Assembly (NCBI GenBank): GCA_018992685.1
Contig: JACVGT010000018.1
Location: 64,001-128,000, forward strand
DNA from: Theionarchaea archaeon
Lineage (GTDB): Archaea > Methanobacteriota_B > Thermococci > Methanofastidiosales > SZ-28-30
Reading direction: 5' to 3'
Length of the DNA: 64,000 nucleotides
Every line of letters starts with the position of its first letter. Within the stretch, counting starts at the first letter, position 1. This document shows positions 48,239 to 59,000 of the stretch, one piece after another. The position numbers and the translations under genes are program-made. The notes below the pieces were generated by a model. The model was not told where the DNA came from and made no database searches. It saw only the letters and a program-made list of their open reading frames with translations.

Positions 48239-50202
48239 GTGAACGCCTCCGGGAGGTTCTTGATCTCGCTGTACTTGAACACTGGTCCCTCCTTGCAGAC
48301 ATAGACTCCATTCATCTGACAGTGGCCACACTTTCCCACACCGCACTTCATACGCCTTTCCAGAGACACGATGATGTTCTCTTCAGGCATGCCTCTGTTC
48401 ACAAGGTCACGTATCACGAACTTGTACATGACAGGAGGACCCACCACGAAAGCAATAGTGGTTTTTGGATCAAACGTAGCCAGAGGGATCAAACAGGTGA
48501 TGAGACCTACTTCACCCTCCCAGCATTCTCCTTCGGGACAGGAATCTACTGATCTCAGATGGGTAACATCGTCTCTCTTGTCCCATTCTGTCACTTCCTT
48601 AGAGAAGAGAAGTTCGCATGGCTTCTTGCATCCGTACAGAACGGTGAGTTCCCCGAAATCCTGCCTGTGATCCAGGACATAGTTGATGAGTGACCGTGTG
48701 GGAATAATCCCAATGCCACCTGCAATAACCAGGAGGTTCTTACCCTCGAGAGCCCTAGCACCAAACCCAGTGCCAAAAGGACCTCTAATTCCTACCTTGT
48801 CTCCGGGGCTCAATTCGTGCAGTCTCGAGGTGACGTCTCCCACTTTTCGGACTGCGAGCTCGAAGGACTTTGGTCCAGGGGCTGAAGACACAGATATGGG
48901 GGCTTCGCCATATCCCATAATGGACAATTCCACAAATTGACCAGGTTCATGGTCCAGTGTACTCCCATCATCCAGCTCAAGTTCAAATAGCTTCTCCCAC
49001 TCTGATAGGTGCTCTACCCTCTTGATTGTGGCAGGACGGGGAATATACAAGTCCCTGTCTGTGGAACTGAGAGCTGGTCCTTTTGCCGTGATGGGAGAGA
49101 CAGGATGCAGTACGGGTCTTTCTTCCAGTTCGCGAGAGCTTTCTGTTATCATGTTAAAGAGGGTGACAGGGTCTGCAATGTCAGGAATACACTGGGTGGA
49201 ACAGCGACCACACCCAACGCATGCCACAAAGTTGAGTCTTGCAGGGAGATATTCTCCTTTGCGGCGGAACCTGTGTCTGTATCTATCTATCCTCTTCTCT
49301 CTGAAGATTTCGCCTGAGCCCACTTGTGTGAACCCGCGTAGCATGCAGCCGTCCCATGTCCTCATCCTGCTGCCAGTCTTCATGTCCAGGTGCATCTTGT
49401 CACTGACATCATAGCAGAAACAGGTGGGGCACACACTGGTGCAGGTTCCGCACGAGAGGCACTTGTCTGACTGGGTTTTCCACGCTGGGTTATCATGATT
49501 TCTCTGCAGGAGATGAGACCACTGTTCCGGAGGTGTTTTTAGTCCTCTCCTCGCAGCTGCTGCAGCATGTTCTCTCTTTCTTCTGACTTTGTCTGCCTCT
49601 TCCGGCGTGGCATCTCGAGTATGTACTTTCGCTATCAGGTCTGCTCCTGCTTCTGTGCCAACCTCAAGTGCCATGACATCTTCAAGGTCAGTAAGCATGA
49701 GATCAAACCCGGAATCTACAATACCAGTTCCCATGTCACCGAAAAACGCCTTCTCTGAAACATTCGCAACAGTTACACCCACAATCAAGGTATTCTTCCG
49801 CCTCCTGACATAGAGATCGTCCACAAAGGAATCTGTGTAGTACGTATCCATCTGTCTGATTGCAACAATATCGTACGGATGAACTCCGATTATGACTCTC
49901 TTTGGAACATCCTCGCTTGCCTGTACCCAAAAGGGCTGAGACACGTCGAAGTGCATCATGGACTCGTACAGGGGCAGGAAGTACTTTTTGGGGGGTATGA
50001 CCGTAACGTCATAATCAAGCCGCAACTCATCGGCTGATTCCAGCGGTCCAAACACGAATTTTGTGTCTTTTGATTTTACGCCATGAACTTCTAGGGACTC
50101 ATCTTCTATGAGTGAATCCAAAAAGGCCGCAAAATCTTTTTTCAACACTATTTTTAACGGATTCTTGTCTGGATTCGGATTATGTTCATTCTTGGTGTTC
50201 AT
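48235..50202 (-). CDS. Fused group 3b hydrogenase beta (Fe-S, AsrA-like) and gamma (FAD/NAD(P), AsrB-like) subunits
   Basis: N-half CLSCGTCTSVCPTCFC and CVGCGRCSTQC; C-half PGQF, RGPFG, AGGIG, ERRMKCGVGKCGHC...CKEGPVF. Confidence 0.9.
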   Translation of the reverse strand: MNTKNEHNPNPDKNPLKIVLKKDFAAFLDSLIEDESLEVHGVKSKDTKFVFGPLESADELRLDYDVTVIPPKKYFLPLYESMMHFDVSQPFWVQASEDVPKRVIIGVHPYDIVAIRQMDTYYTDSFVDDLYVRRRKNTLIVGVTVANVSEKAFFGDMGTGIVDSGFDLMLTDLEDVMALEVGTEAGADLIAKVHTRDATPEEADKVRRKREHAAAAARRGLKTPPEQWSHLLQRNHDNPAWKTQSDKCLSCGTCTSVCPTCFCYDVSDKMHLDMKTGSRMRTWDGCMLRGFTQVGSGEIFREKRIDRYRHRFRRKGEYLPARLNFVACVGCGRCSTQCIPDIADPVTLFNMITESSRELEERPVLHPVSPITAKGPALSSTDRDLYIPRPATIKRVEHLSEWEKLFELELDDGSTLDHEPGQFVELSIMGYGEAPISVSSAPGPKSFELAVRKVGDVTSRLHELSPGDKVGIRGPFGTGFGARALEGKNLLVIAGGIGIIPTRSLINYVLDHRQDFGELTVLYGCKKPCELLFSKEVTEWDKRDDVTHLRSVDSCPEGECWEGEVGLITCLIPLATFDPKTTIAFVVGPPVMYKFVIRDLVNRGMPEENIIVSLERRMKCGVGKCGHCQMNGVYVCKEGPVFKYSEIKNLPEAFT

Positions 50203-52907
50203 TCTTCTCCCTCCTTCTGTAACGTGATCACATCCACCTTTCTGATGGCACAAGCACAGACCTTGAGCTCCGGAATCTTGGCCTCAGGGTCCAGAGCATC
50301 ATTCGTCAGTCTGTTGGCCGGCGCCTCGCTAAAGTGGAAGGGGATAAACACAGATTGTGGAGCCACTCTGTCAGAGATTTTGGCTCTTACTGTAATTCTC
50401 CCTCTTCTGGTAGTGACTTCCACAAAATCATCCTGGTTAATGTTGAGGATATCTGCATCCTGGGAGGAAATCTCCACGTAGCCTTCATGGACAAAGGAGT
50501 CCAGTGCTTCTACTTTCCTGGACATTGTCCCCGTGTGATAATGAAAGAGAATTCTGCCTGTTGAGAGCACGAAAGGATACTCCTCGTCAGGACATTCTGC
50601 AGGGGGCACAAAGTCCACAGGGGAGAATAATCCCATTCCTCTTGAGAACGTTCCCCTGTGCAGGTACGGCGTCCCAGGATGGTCTTCAGATGGACATGGC
50701 CACTGGAGGCCTTCTGTAACCCTTTCTGGGGTAATTCCTCTGTAGATTGGCGTTACTTGGTTGATCTCCCTTAAAATATCCCATACTGTCCCATATTCCA
50801 TGGGGTATCCCATTTTCCCCGCTATCGATCCAATGATTTGCCAGTCAGTCTTGGTGTTTGGAGGTGGTTCCACCACTCTTCTTCCTGGCTGGATGCGCCT
50901 TTCAGTATTGGTGAAGGTACCCTCTTTCTCCAGTGCCGCCTGTGAAGGAAGCACCACATCTGCTAGCAGAGCAGTTTCGGTCATAAAAATATCCTGTACT
51001 ACCAGAAATTCCAGATTTTTCAACGCCCTTTCTACATGGTTGGTATTGGGGTCCGAAACCATGGGATTTTCACCCACGATGTACATTCCCTTGATTTCGC
51101 CCAGGGCTGCCTTGTTTATCATCTCTACAACAGTGAGCCCAGGGTTATCTGACAGAGCGACGCCCCAGGCAGTTTCAAACTGCTCCCGTGCTTCAGGACT
51201 GGTCACGGGCTGATATCCTGGATACACTGAGGACAGGGCACCGACATCGCAGGCTCCCTGTACATTTCCCTGGCCCCGGAGAGGGTTAACTCCGGTAGAG
51301 GGCCTGCCCACGTTTCCAGTAAGCAAGGCCAGATTGGCCAGTGATAGCACGTTGTCAGTGCCAGTAATGTGCTGGGTTATTCCCATGGAGAACACGATCG
51401 ACGCTTTTTCAGCCTGGCCAAAAAGGAGAGCAGCCTCCTGTATTTTCTCTGAGGAAACTCCCGTAATATCCTCCACCCTTTCTGGGGTGTACTCGCCTAC
51501 TACATTAATAAAATCAGAAAATCCTTCTGTTCGGGTTTCTATAAAATCCTGGCTGTGCAACCCTTGCGTATATATGTAATTCATAATGCCATTGAGCACT
51601 GCCACATCAGTGCCGTTCTTGAGCTGAAGATGGACATGAGCAGATGAAGCGAGGTCTATGGCTCGAGGGTCTGCTACAATGAGGGCAGCTCCCTTTCGAA
51701 CTGCATTTCTAATGAAGGTGGCAATAACGGGGTGTGTCTCGGTGGTATTTGAACCCATGACAAAGATACAGTCACTGTCAGCGAGCTCAGCAATGGAATT
51801 GGTCATAGCACCTGAGCCAAATGCTCTGGTCAATCCTGCCACAGTGGAGGCATGGCAAAGACGGGCACAGTGATCTACATTGTTGTTATGGAACAGAACC
51901 CTCACGAATTTCTGGAAGAGGTAGTTCTCTTCATTGGTGCACCGTGCTGACGACAATCCCCCCAGCACGTGAGGTCCGTACGTGGTCAGCATTCTGGAGA
52001 ATGTGTCTGCCACATGGTGAATCGCTTCATCCCAGGTGACTTCTACAAATGTGCCGTTCATCTTGATAAGAGGGGAGGTCAGTCGGTTTATTTCTAAGTA
52101 TTGATGCCCAAATCGTCCCTTTACACACAATCGTCCTTCATTTGCTGGCCCGTCCTTACCTTTGACTTTGACAATGTGGTTGTTTTTTATATAAACCTGA
52201 ATCAAACACCCCACACCGCAGTATTCGCACACTGTGTCTGTACTGGTGAGCTCCCACGTTCTCCCTTTTCGTACTGCCTCCTTTTCGTACAGAGCTCCCA
52301 CAGGACAGGCCTGGATGCATTCACCACATCCATCACACGAGCTTTCTTTCCATATCCCGTTGTATCCAGCCCACACCCTGATCTCATTGCTGCGTTCAAC
52401 CATGTCCAGAACGTGTTTTTCCTGAAGTTCATCGCACGCTTTCACACATCTATAACATTTTATGCATTTCCGCGGGTCAAACACGAGGACTTGTGTCTCA
52501 TGAACAGGTGACGCCGTGTAAGCAGGGGGATACACCTCACTAGATGAATCAATGCCATATCGATACGCCAAGTCCTCCAAATCACAGCTACCCGCAGCTT
52601 CACACGTCATGCAGTCATGGTGATGTTCTGAAAGGATCAACTGCAGTGTCTCTTTCCGGTAACCTTCTATTTCCGGAGTGAAAACTTGAATATCCATCCC
52701 CTCACAGACAGTCAAAGTGCAGGCCATCTCCACCTTATCAGTCTTAGTATCTTTGATACAGCACAGGCGACAACATCCAGTTGGAGACACTTTTCCGTTG
52801 TAACAGAGCCCAGGGACGTCAACCCCTGAAGAGCGCAGCTCAGATAACAGGGTTTCCCCCTTGGTCAGCTGCATGGGGTTTCCGTCGACAGTAATCTCCA
52901 CCTGCAT
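50199..52907 (-). CDS. fdhA: Mo/W-bisPGD formate dehydrogenase alpha subunit (Cys type) with N-terminal Fe-S domains
   Basis: N-terminal 2Fe-2S/HxxxC/2x4Fe-4S; CEYCGVGC, LCVKG, DHCARLCHAST, PLRGQGNVQG, EKEGTFTN. Confidence 0.93.
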   Translation of the reverse strand: MQVEITVDGNPMQLTKGETLLSELRSSGVDVPGLCYNGKVSPTGCCRLCCIKDTKTDKVEMACTLTVCEGMDIQVFTPEIEGYRKETLQLILSEHHHDCMTCEAAGSCDLEDLAYRYGIDSSSEVYPPAYTASPVHETQVLVFDPRKCIKCYRCVKACDELQEKHVLDMVERSNEIRVWAGYNGIWKESSCDGCGECIQACPVGALYEKEAVRKGRTWELTSTDTVCEYCGVGCLIQVYIKNNHIVKVKGKDGPANEGRLCVKGRFGHQYLEINRLTSPLIKMNGTFVEVTWDEAIHHVADTFSRMLTTYGPHVLGGLSSARCTNEENYLFQKFVRVLFHNNNVDHCARLCHASTVAGLTRAFGSGAMTNSIAELADSDCIFVMGSNTTETHPVIATFIRNAVRKGAALIVADPRAIDLASSAHVHLQLKNGTDVAVLNGIMNYIYTQGLHSQDFIETRTEGFSDFINVVGEYTPERVEDITGVSSEKIQEAALLFGQAEKASIVFSMGITQHITGTDNVLSLANLALLTGNVGRPSTGVNPLRGQGNVQGACDVGALSSVYPGYQPVTSPEAREQFETAWGVALSDNPGLTVVEMINKAALGEIKGMYIVGENPMVSDPNTNHVERALKNLEFLVVQDIFMTETALLADVVLPSQAALEKEGTFTNTERRIQPGRRVVEPPPNTKTDWQIIGSIAGKMGYPMEYGTVWDILREINQVTPIYRGITPERVTEGLQWPCPSEDHPGTPYLHRGTFSRGMGLFSPVDFVPPAECPDEEYPFVLSTGRILFHYHTGTMSRKVEALDSFVHEGYVEISSQDADILNINQDDFVEVTTRRGRITVRAKISDRVAPQSVFIPFHFSEAPANRLTNDALDPEAKIPELKVCACAIRKVDVITLQKEGEE

Positions 52908-54133
52908 TAAACTACCTCCAGGTTCAGGCCTGACTGCAGGGGCATTACAACGGACTGGCCCAGAGGACATAGGCAGGTCTTGTTCATGACCCGGGCAAGA
53001 CTGAGGATTCTGTCAATGCCATCTTCGGGTTCTATTGTTCCGGTGGCCATACCACTGAGCAGGCGATGAATCTGAACAATACCCACCCTGCAGGGGGCAC
53101 AGAGCCCACAGGATTCACGCATAAAGAACTCCATAATGCCGACCAGAATATCCAGGATATTGGTATCGCAATCCAGAACTACCACAACGCCTGAACCGAG
53201 CTGGGCATTCACCTGGTTCAGATGTTCAAAACTCAGAGGAACACTGAGGTTCTCTTTTCCCAAGAATGTTCCTGCAGCAGCTCCTCCCACCAGGACTGCC
53301 TTCAGCGTTTTCCCTTTTTTTATTCCGCCTGCATGGGTTAGAATGAGGGTTTCCAGAGAAGTCCCCATGGGCAGTTCATAACATCCAGGTCTTCTAACTG
53401 CACCTGAAACGGGAAAGAGCTTGGTGCCAGTAGACTGCGGCGTTCCTACTGAAGAGAACCACTTGCTGCCACCTGCAATGATCGCCGGTATGGTGGCCAG
53501 TGTTTCTACATTATTGACCACAGTGGGCTTACCGAATAATCCCCTGGACGTGGGATAGGGGGGTCTGATACGGGGATTCCCTCTTTTCCCTTCCAGAGAG
53601 GATATCAGGGCTGTTTCCTCTCCACACACATAGGAGCCAGCTCCCGCTCTCACTTTAATGTCAAAGCAGAAGTCAGAGCCAGCTATCTTGTTCCCCAGGA
53701 AGTGATGCTTCCGTGCGTCAGCACAGGCCTCGTCAAGCAGGTTCAGGCAGTGTGAATACTCTCCCCGCACGTATATGAACCCGTGAGAAGCACCCACTGC
53801 ATACCCTGCAATGGCAATTCCTTCAATCAGTTTGTGAGGGTCTCCTTCCATGATGAGACGGTCTTTGAATGCCCCCGGTTCACCCTCATCTGCATTGGCC
53901 ACCACATAGGCGGTGTCCTTCCGAGAGGCTGCATATCGCCATTTTGTCCCTGTGGGAAACCCTGCTCCCCCTCTTCCGCGGAGTTTGGAATCTTCCACTT
54001 CTCTTATCACAGATTCAGGATCTCTGGTCAGGCATTCCTTCAGAGCCTCATACCCTCCTTTCCCTGTGTATTCTCTTACAGACGCAGGGGTTTCATAACT
54101 GCCCACATTGTTGAGAACGATCTGTTCATTCAT
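52907..54133 (-). CDS. NuoF-like FMN/NAD(H) subunit (short, non-bifurcating type)
   Basis: LRGRGGAGFPTG, NADEGEPGAFKD, GEETAL, PPYP, ESCGLCAPC...CPLG; no extra Fe-S domains. Confidence 0.92.
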   Translation of the reverse strand: MNEQIVLNNVGSYETPASVREYTGKGGYEALKECLTRDPESVIREVEDSKLRGRGGAGFPTGTKWRYAASRKDTAYVVANADEGEPGAFKDRLIMEGDPHKLIEGIAIAGYAVGASHGFIYVRGEYSHCLNLLDEACADARKHHFLGNKIAGSDFCFDIKVRAGAGSYVCGEETALISSLEGKRGNPRIRPPYPTSRGLFGKPTVVNNVETLATIPAIIAGGSKWFSSVGTPQSTGTKLFPVSGAVRRPGCYELPMGTSLETLILTHAGGIKKGKTLKAVLVGGAAAGTFLGKENLSVPLSFEHLNQVNAQLGSGVVVVLDCDTNILDILVGIMEFFMRESCGLCAPCRVGIVQIHRLLSGMATGTIEPEDGIDRILSLARVMNKTCLCPLGQSVVMPLQSGLNLEVV

Positions 54134-54608
54134 GAGAAATCCTCTCCAGTATCTCCCTGATCTTCTCACGAGTCAGATCACCATAGACCTCACCATCAAC
54201 CATCATGGCTGGTGCTCTCTCACACACTCCAAGGCAGGATGAAGGTTCCAGCGTGACAAGATTGTCGCTGGTGGTCTCACCCGGAGATATCCCAAGCAGG
54301 TCTTCCAGCATGGTTATGATACTGTAGTGGATACTGCAGCTGGGAGAGGTGCACACCCTGATAACATACTTTCCTCTGGGCTCGAGAGAAAACATGGAAT
54401 AGAAAGAGGCAACACCATATACTTCCGCGCAGGATATCCTGAGGTATGCTGCAGTTTCTCTCAGAGCATCCTCAGAAATGTAATGGGCTGGAGTGCTCCC
54501 CTGAAGGCGATGCAGAATGGGGAGAAGGTTTTCCCTTCTGGGTTCATATTCCTTCAGGATGGCACTAATAGAGCCTGAGGGTTTTTGTGGAAGATGGTCA
54601 CCTTTCAT
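54126..54608 (-). CDS. NuoE-like [2Fe-2S] subunit
   Basis: VASFY, VCTSPSC, CLGVC. Confidence 0.9.
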   Translation of the reverse strand: MKGDHLPQKPSGSISAILKEYEPRRENLLPILHRLQGSTPAHYISEDALRETAAYLRISCAEVYGVASFYSMFSLEPRGKYVIRVCTSPSCSIHYSIITMLEDLLGISPGETTSDNLVTLEPSSCLGVCERAPAMMVDGEVYGDLTREKIREILERISHE

Positions 54609-54703
54609 GCTTTTCCACCTGGGTCAAATGGGTTACTGCGGGCTGGTGTCTCAGTCTGAGCATTTTTCAAGCCAGGGTAGCTATCTCAGGGTAGAAAGGT
54701 TCC

Positions 54704-54717
54704 ATATATAAACTTTT
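54704..54717 (-). promoter_or_regulatory. BRE-TATA promoter of the fdh-hyd operon
   Basis: AAAAG-TTTATATAT on the minus strand about 100 nt before the NuoE start. Confidence 0.55.
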
Positions 54718-55367
54718 ACCTATGTCAACAATTAAGAAAAAAGACAAAATTGAAATCTTCTGCCCTTTCTGTCACGTAAAGGCAGTTGCTACAGTTGAGT
54801 TTCTGCACTGTACAGGCTACCTAGTTCTCATCCCTAAATGGTAGTTACTGGATTCTGCGGGTAGGCAACCCCCAGAACTTCGTCAAACGTGCCTGAGCTA
54901 GATATGGCTATCGAATAGCATCATGGTGGGAATTCTGAAGACATCCTTGTATATGAGATAAATTACTTACCTGCCATCCTATCTTTCATAAAGAAGAACT
55001 GACCCTGCTTCTTCGTGAAATCATATTGAATCTTGTAGGAAAGAAGATGGTCATGGAATACAAAATCCGTGTACGCTTTCGAAACCCCTGCGTTGACTGG
55101 AATTGTCCAATGATTCTCTTCAGCACTTGAAGGTGACTTATCAAGTATGGGGGGAGACTGGTTCCCAGACTCCAGTAATTTTCTTCTGGACAACCATAAC
55201 AAGATTGAATACAGTAGCAAGACACAGTGTCGTCTTAGCCGCAGCGGCCAGACTCACGTGATGCTCCTACCCATTGTTTAGAATCTCAAGACATTCGCAA
55301 AAGTTGCTGAATTGCTGAGAGAAAAGACGATTTATTGGACAACTCCGTGTTGGTGTTGAGCATAACA

Positions 55368-55375
55368 TTTATAAG
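55368..55375 (+). promoter_or_regulatory. TATA box of the nuoE/nuoF-gltD operon
   Basis: TTTATAAG about 190 nt upstream of ATG 55561, implying a long leader. Confidence 0.5.
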
Positions 55376-55560
55376 ATGAAATCCTTTGCTTTTGAACATG
55401 GATAAAGCACTTCCGATGGTGGCAGGTGAACAGTCTGGACTTTCTTGTAGTGTACTTCTTGGCATTCATCAGATCCTGTCGAAAGGAAGTGAGCGGAGGG
55501 TTTTTGTCCTCTTGAAGGATTCATGTCATCTTTTCAATTGAAGAGGAGGTAGAGTTCACC

Positions 55561-56043
55561 ATGAAAGATACAACTGCGGTTGTAAAGTCTGTGTTGGATA
55601 GATGGAATAATGATAGCGCATGCTTGATCTCCATTTTGCTGGATATTCAGGAAGAGCTGAATTATCTGCCCCATGAGACAATCACTGCCATTGCTGATAG
55701 TCTGGGTATTCCCCTCATCGATGTATATTCTGCTGCAACTTTCTACACAGTTTTTAGCCTAGAACCCAGAGGCAAACACATCGTCAATGTTTGTGTTGGA
55801 ACAGCATGTCACGTTCGGGGGGGAAAGCGAATCCTGGACAGAATTCAGAGAGATTTGAAGCTTAACCCCGGAGAGACAACAGAGGATGGTCTTTTCACCC
55901 TAGAAACAGTCAGGTGCCTCGGGTGCTGTGCGTTGGGCCCTGTGATGGTTGTGGACGAAACCTACTATCCACACATGACCACAAAAAAGGCAGACACGAT
56001 TCTCAGCAAGTACAGAAAAGACTCAGAAGGAGTGGTTGCATGA
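55561..56043 (+). CDS. NuoE/HydC-like [2Fe-2S] subunit
   Basis: ATFY, VCVGTACH, CLGCC; RBS GAGGAGGT. Confidence 0.93.
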   Translation: MKDTTAVVKSVLDRWNNDSACLISILLDIQEELNYLPHETITAIADSLGIPLIDVYSAATFYTVFSLEPRGKHIVNVCVGTACHVRGGKRILDRIQRDLKLNPGETTEDGLFTLETVRCLGCCALGPVMVVDETYYPHMTTKKADTILSKYRKDSEGVVA

Positions 56044-59000
56044 CTAGCATAGAGGAATTTCAACTACAGTGTACTGAAATTCGGAGGAAAAGATCAGAGA
56101 CTGCAGACAGCCCGACAATAGTCATATCATCTGGGACATGCGGTCGGGCTAGAGGATCTGCTGAGGTTGCCATAGCATTGGAGGAAGCCATTAGAGCCCA
56201 TAACCTAGAAAACAAAGTGAGCCTGAGGATAACAGGATGCCAGGGATTTTGTCAGGTGGCACCCATCGTTGTCATTCAACCTGAAAACATTTTCTACCAG
56301 GGTGTAACTCCAGAAGACGCAGAAGAGATCGTCACGGAAACAGTCATGAACAAGAAGGTCGTAAACAGACTACTCTATCCCGACCCACAGATTGGTGAGG
56401 GAATTCTGTCCAAAGAAGACATTCCTTTTTTCACCAAACAAAGAAAAATCCTCCTGGAAAACAATAGCCTGGTAGATCCAACGAATATTGATGATTATAT
56501 CGGAATTGGCGGCTATTCTGCACTGTGTAGAGCTTTAAGAGATACCAATCCTGAAGAAATAATAGAGACAATAAAATCATCTGGCCTCAGAGGGAGAGGT
56601 GGTGCGGGATTTCCTACTGGCCTGAAATGGCAGTTCTGCAGGAATTCAAAGGGTGATCGCAAGTATATCGTGTGCAATGCTGATGAAGGTGATCCCGGAG
56701 CCTATATGAATAGGAGCCTTTTAGAAGGGAATCCTCATTCAGTGCTTGAAGGCATGCTAATTGGCGCATATGCAATAGGAGCACAACAGGGATATATCTA
56801 CATCCGACACGAATACCCTCTTGCAGTCAAGCATGTCTTGATCGCTGTTGAACAAATGAGGGAAAAGGGCCTTTTGGGCAAGGATATTTTGGGTACGGGT
56901 TTCGAATTTGACATCAAGGTGGTAAAGGGTGCTGGAGCCTTTGTTTGTGGCGAGGAGACTGCACTCATCGCATCTGTTGAAGGAAGGAAGGGTGAACCCA
57001 GACAGAGACCACCATTCCCTGCACAGAAAGGCATATGGGGAAAACCAACAAACATTAACAACGTAGAGACCTGGGCCAATGTTCCACATATAATAAACAA
57101 TGGGGCAGAATGGTACTCACAAATCGGCACAGAAAGGAGCAAGGGCACAAAGATATTCTCTCTCGTAGGGAAGATAAACAATACAGGACTCGTTGAAGTA
57201 CCAATGGGAATAACATTGAAAGAAATGGTATATGATATCGGTGGTGGAATACCAAAGGGCAGGAAATTCAAGGCCGTACAAACAGGTGGCCCATCTGGAG
57301 GATGCATACCAGCAGAATTATTGGGTCTCAAGGTTGACTATGAGCAGTTGAAAGAAGTTGGCTCTATCATGGGCTCTGGCGGTATGGTCATCATGGACGA
57401 GGATACTTGTATGGTAGATACTGCCAAGTACTTCCTGGAGTTCCTGCAAGAAGAATCCTGCGGGAAATGTACAACCTGTAGAGAAGGTATCGAGCGACTT
57501 ATTGAGATTCTCACAGACATTACTGAAGGAAAAGGAAGCCTCGAAGACCTAGAAACCTTACGAGATTTGGGTGAACTGGTCAGAGATGCGTCCATGTGCG
57601 GACTTGGACAGACTGCACCCAATCCGTTGCTGTCTACCCTCACCTACTTCTATGACGAGTATCTGCAACACATCAAGTACAAGAGGTGCCCTGCAGCTGT
57701 TTGTAAGGAGATTACCTCTGCTCCATGCCAGCATACCTGCCCCATTGGTACGGAGGCGGTGGTCTATGTCTCCTTAATAGCCCAGGGCAGGTACGATGAG
57801 GCCTTCACCATCATCAGGAAAGATAATCCTCTTCCATCTGTTTGCGCCCGAGTGTGCAGCCATCCCTGTGAATCTAAGTGCCAGGCGGGCAAGTTCGGAA
57901 ATCCCATCGCTATCAGAGCACTGAAACGGTTTGCCACAGATTATGCAATGAAGAACAAGTTGATCTATCCCATTACGAAGGAGAACAAGAGAAAGGAGAA
58001 AGTAGCTATCATTGGATCTGGACCCGGGGGCCTGACCGCAGGCTACTACCTGGCTATCAAGGGGTACAATGTTACTGTCTTTGAGTCACTTCCCCTCTTG
58101 GGAGGAGCTCTGGCAGTCTACATCCCGGAGCATCGTCTTCCCAGAGACATGCTCAACTATGACATTGAGAACATCAGAAAGGCAGGGGTTGAGTTCAAAA
58201 CCAATACTACCGTGGGCAAAGATATCTCCTTCAAAGAGCTCAAAGACACGTATGATGCCATCTTCATAGCTACCGGGGCCCACAAATCCATGGAACTGGG
58301 CATTCCTGGTGAAGAAGCTGAGGGGGTCATTCACGCTCTAGACTTTTTGAAAGATGTGAGCCTGGGAACCAAAGTCACTGTTGGACGAAGAGTGGGAGTG
58401 ATTGGAGGCGGTAATGCAGCTGTGGATGCTGCTCGTGTGGCTGCCCGTCTTGAAGACTGTGACACGGTGACGATTCTCTACCGAAGAACCAGGAAGGAAA
58501 TGCCTGCCTTTGAGGAGGAGACTGAAGCCTGCCTTGAGGAACAGATTGACATCCAGTTCTTGACTGCTCCTAGGAAAATCCTCACTGAGAAAGGTAGGGT
58601 TACAGGCGTGGAATGCGTGAAGATGCAGCTGGGAGAAATTGATGAAAGTGGCAGACGACGGCCCATCCCCATTGAGGGCTCAGAATTCGTGGTGCAGCTT
58701 GATACCCTGATTGTGGCCATCAGCGAACGTCCTGATGTTTCATTCCTGAAGGGTCATGAAGGTGTCGAATTCACCAAATGGGGAACTATTGTGGCAGACC
58801 CTGAAACCTATGTCACGGGGTTGGAAGGCGTCTTCGCTGGCGGAGATGTGGTCACCGGTCCCAACGTGGCTATTTATGCTATGGGAGCGGGAAAAGTGGT
58901 GGCTGAGATGATCCATCAGTATCTCCAGGGGAAGACACTGCAACCAGAGTACAAGGTAACCAGACCGTCCATGTACCTTAATCCTGTGGAACTGTCCGAA

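Noticed and set aside
50199-52907. Selenocysteine recoding in FdhA or the hydrogenase
   Set aside because: Active-site positions are Cys (CARLCH; DPCISC) and the frames are uninterrupted
54963-55225. Two overlapping 79-85 aa minus-strand ORFs in the fdh/nuo intergenic region
   Set aside because: No RBS, motifs or protein-like composition; likely spurious
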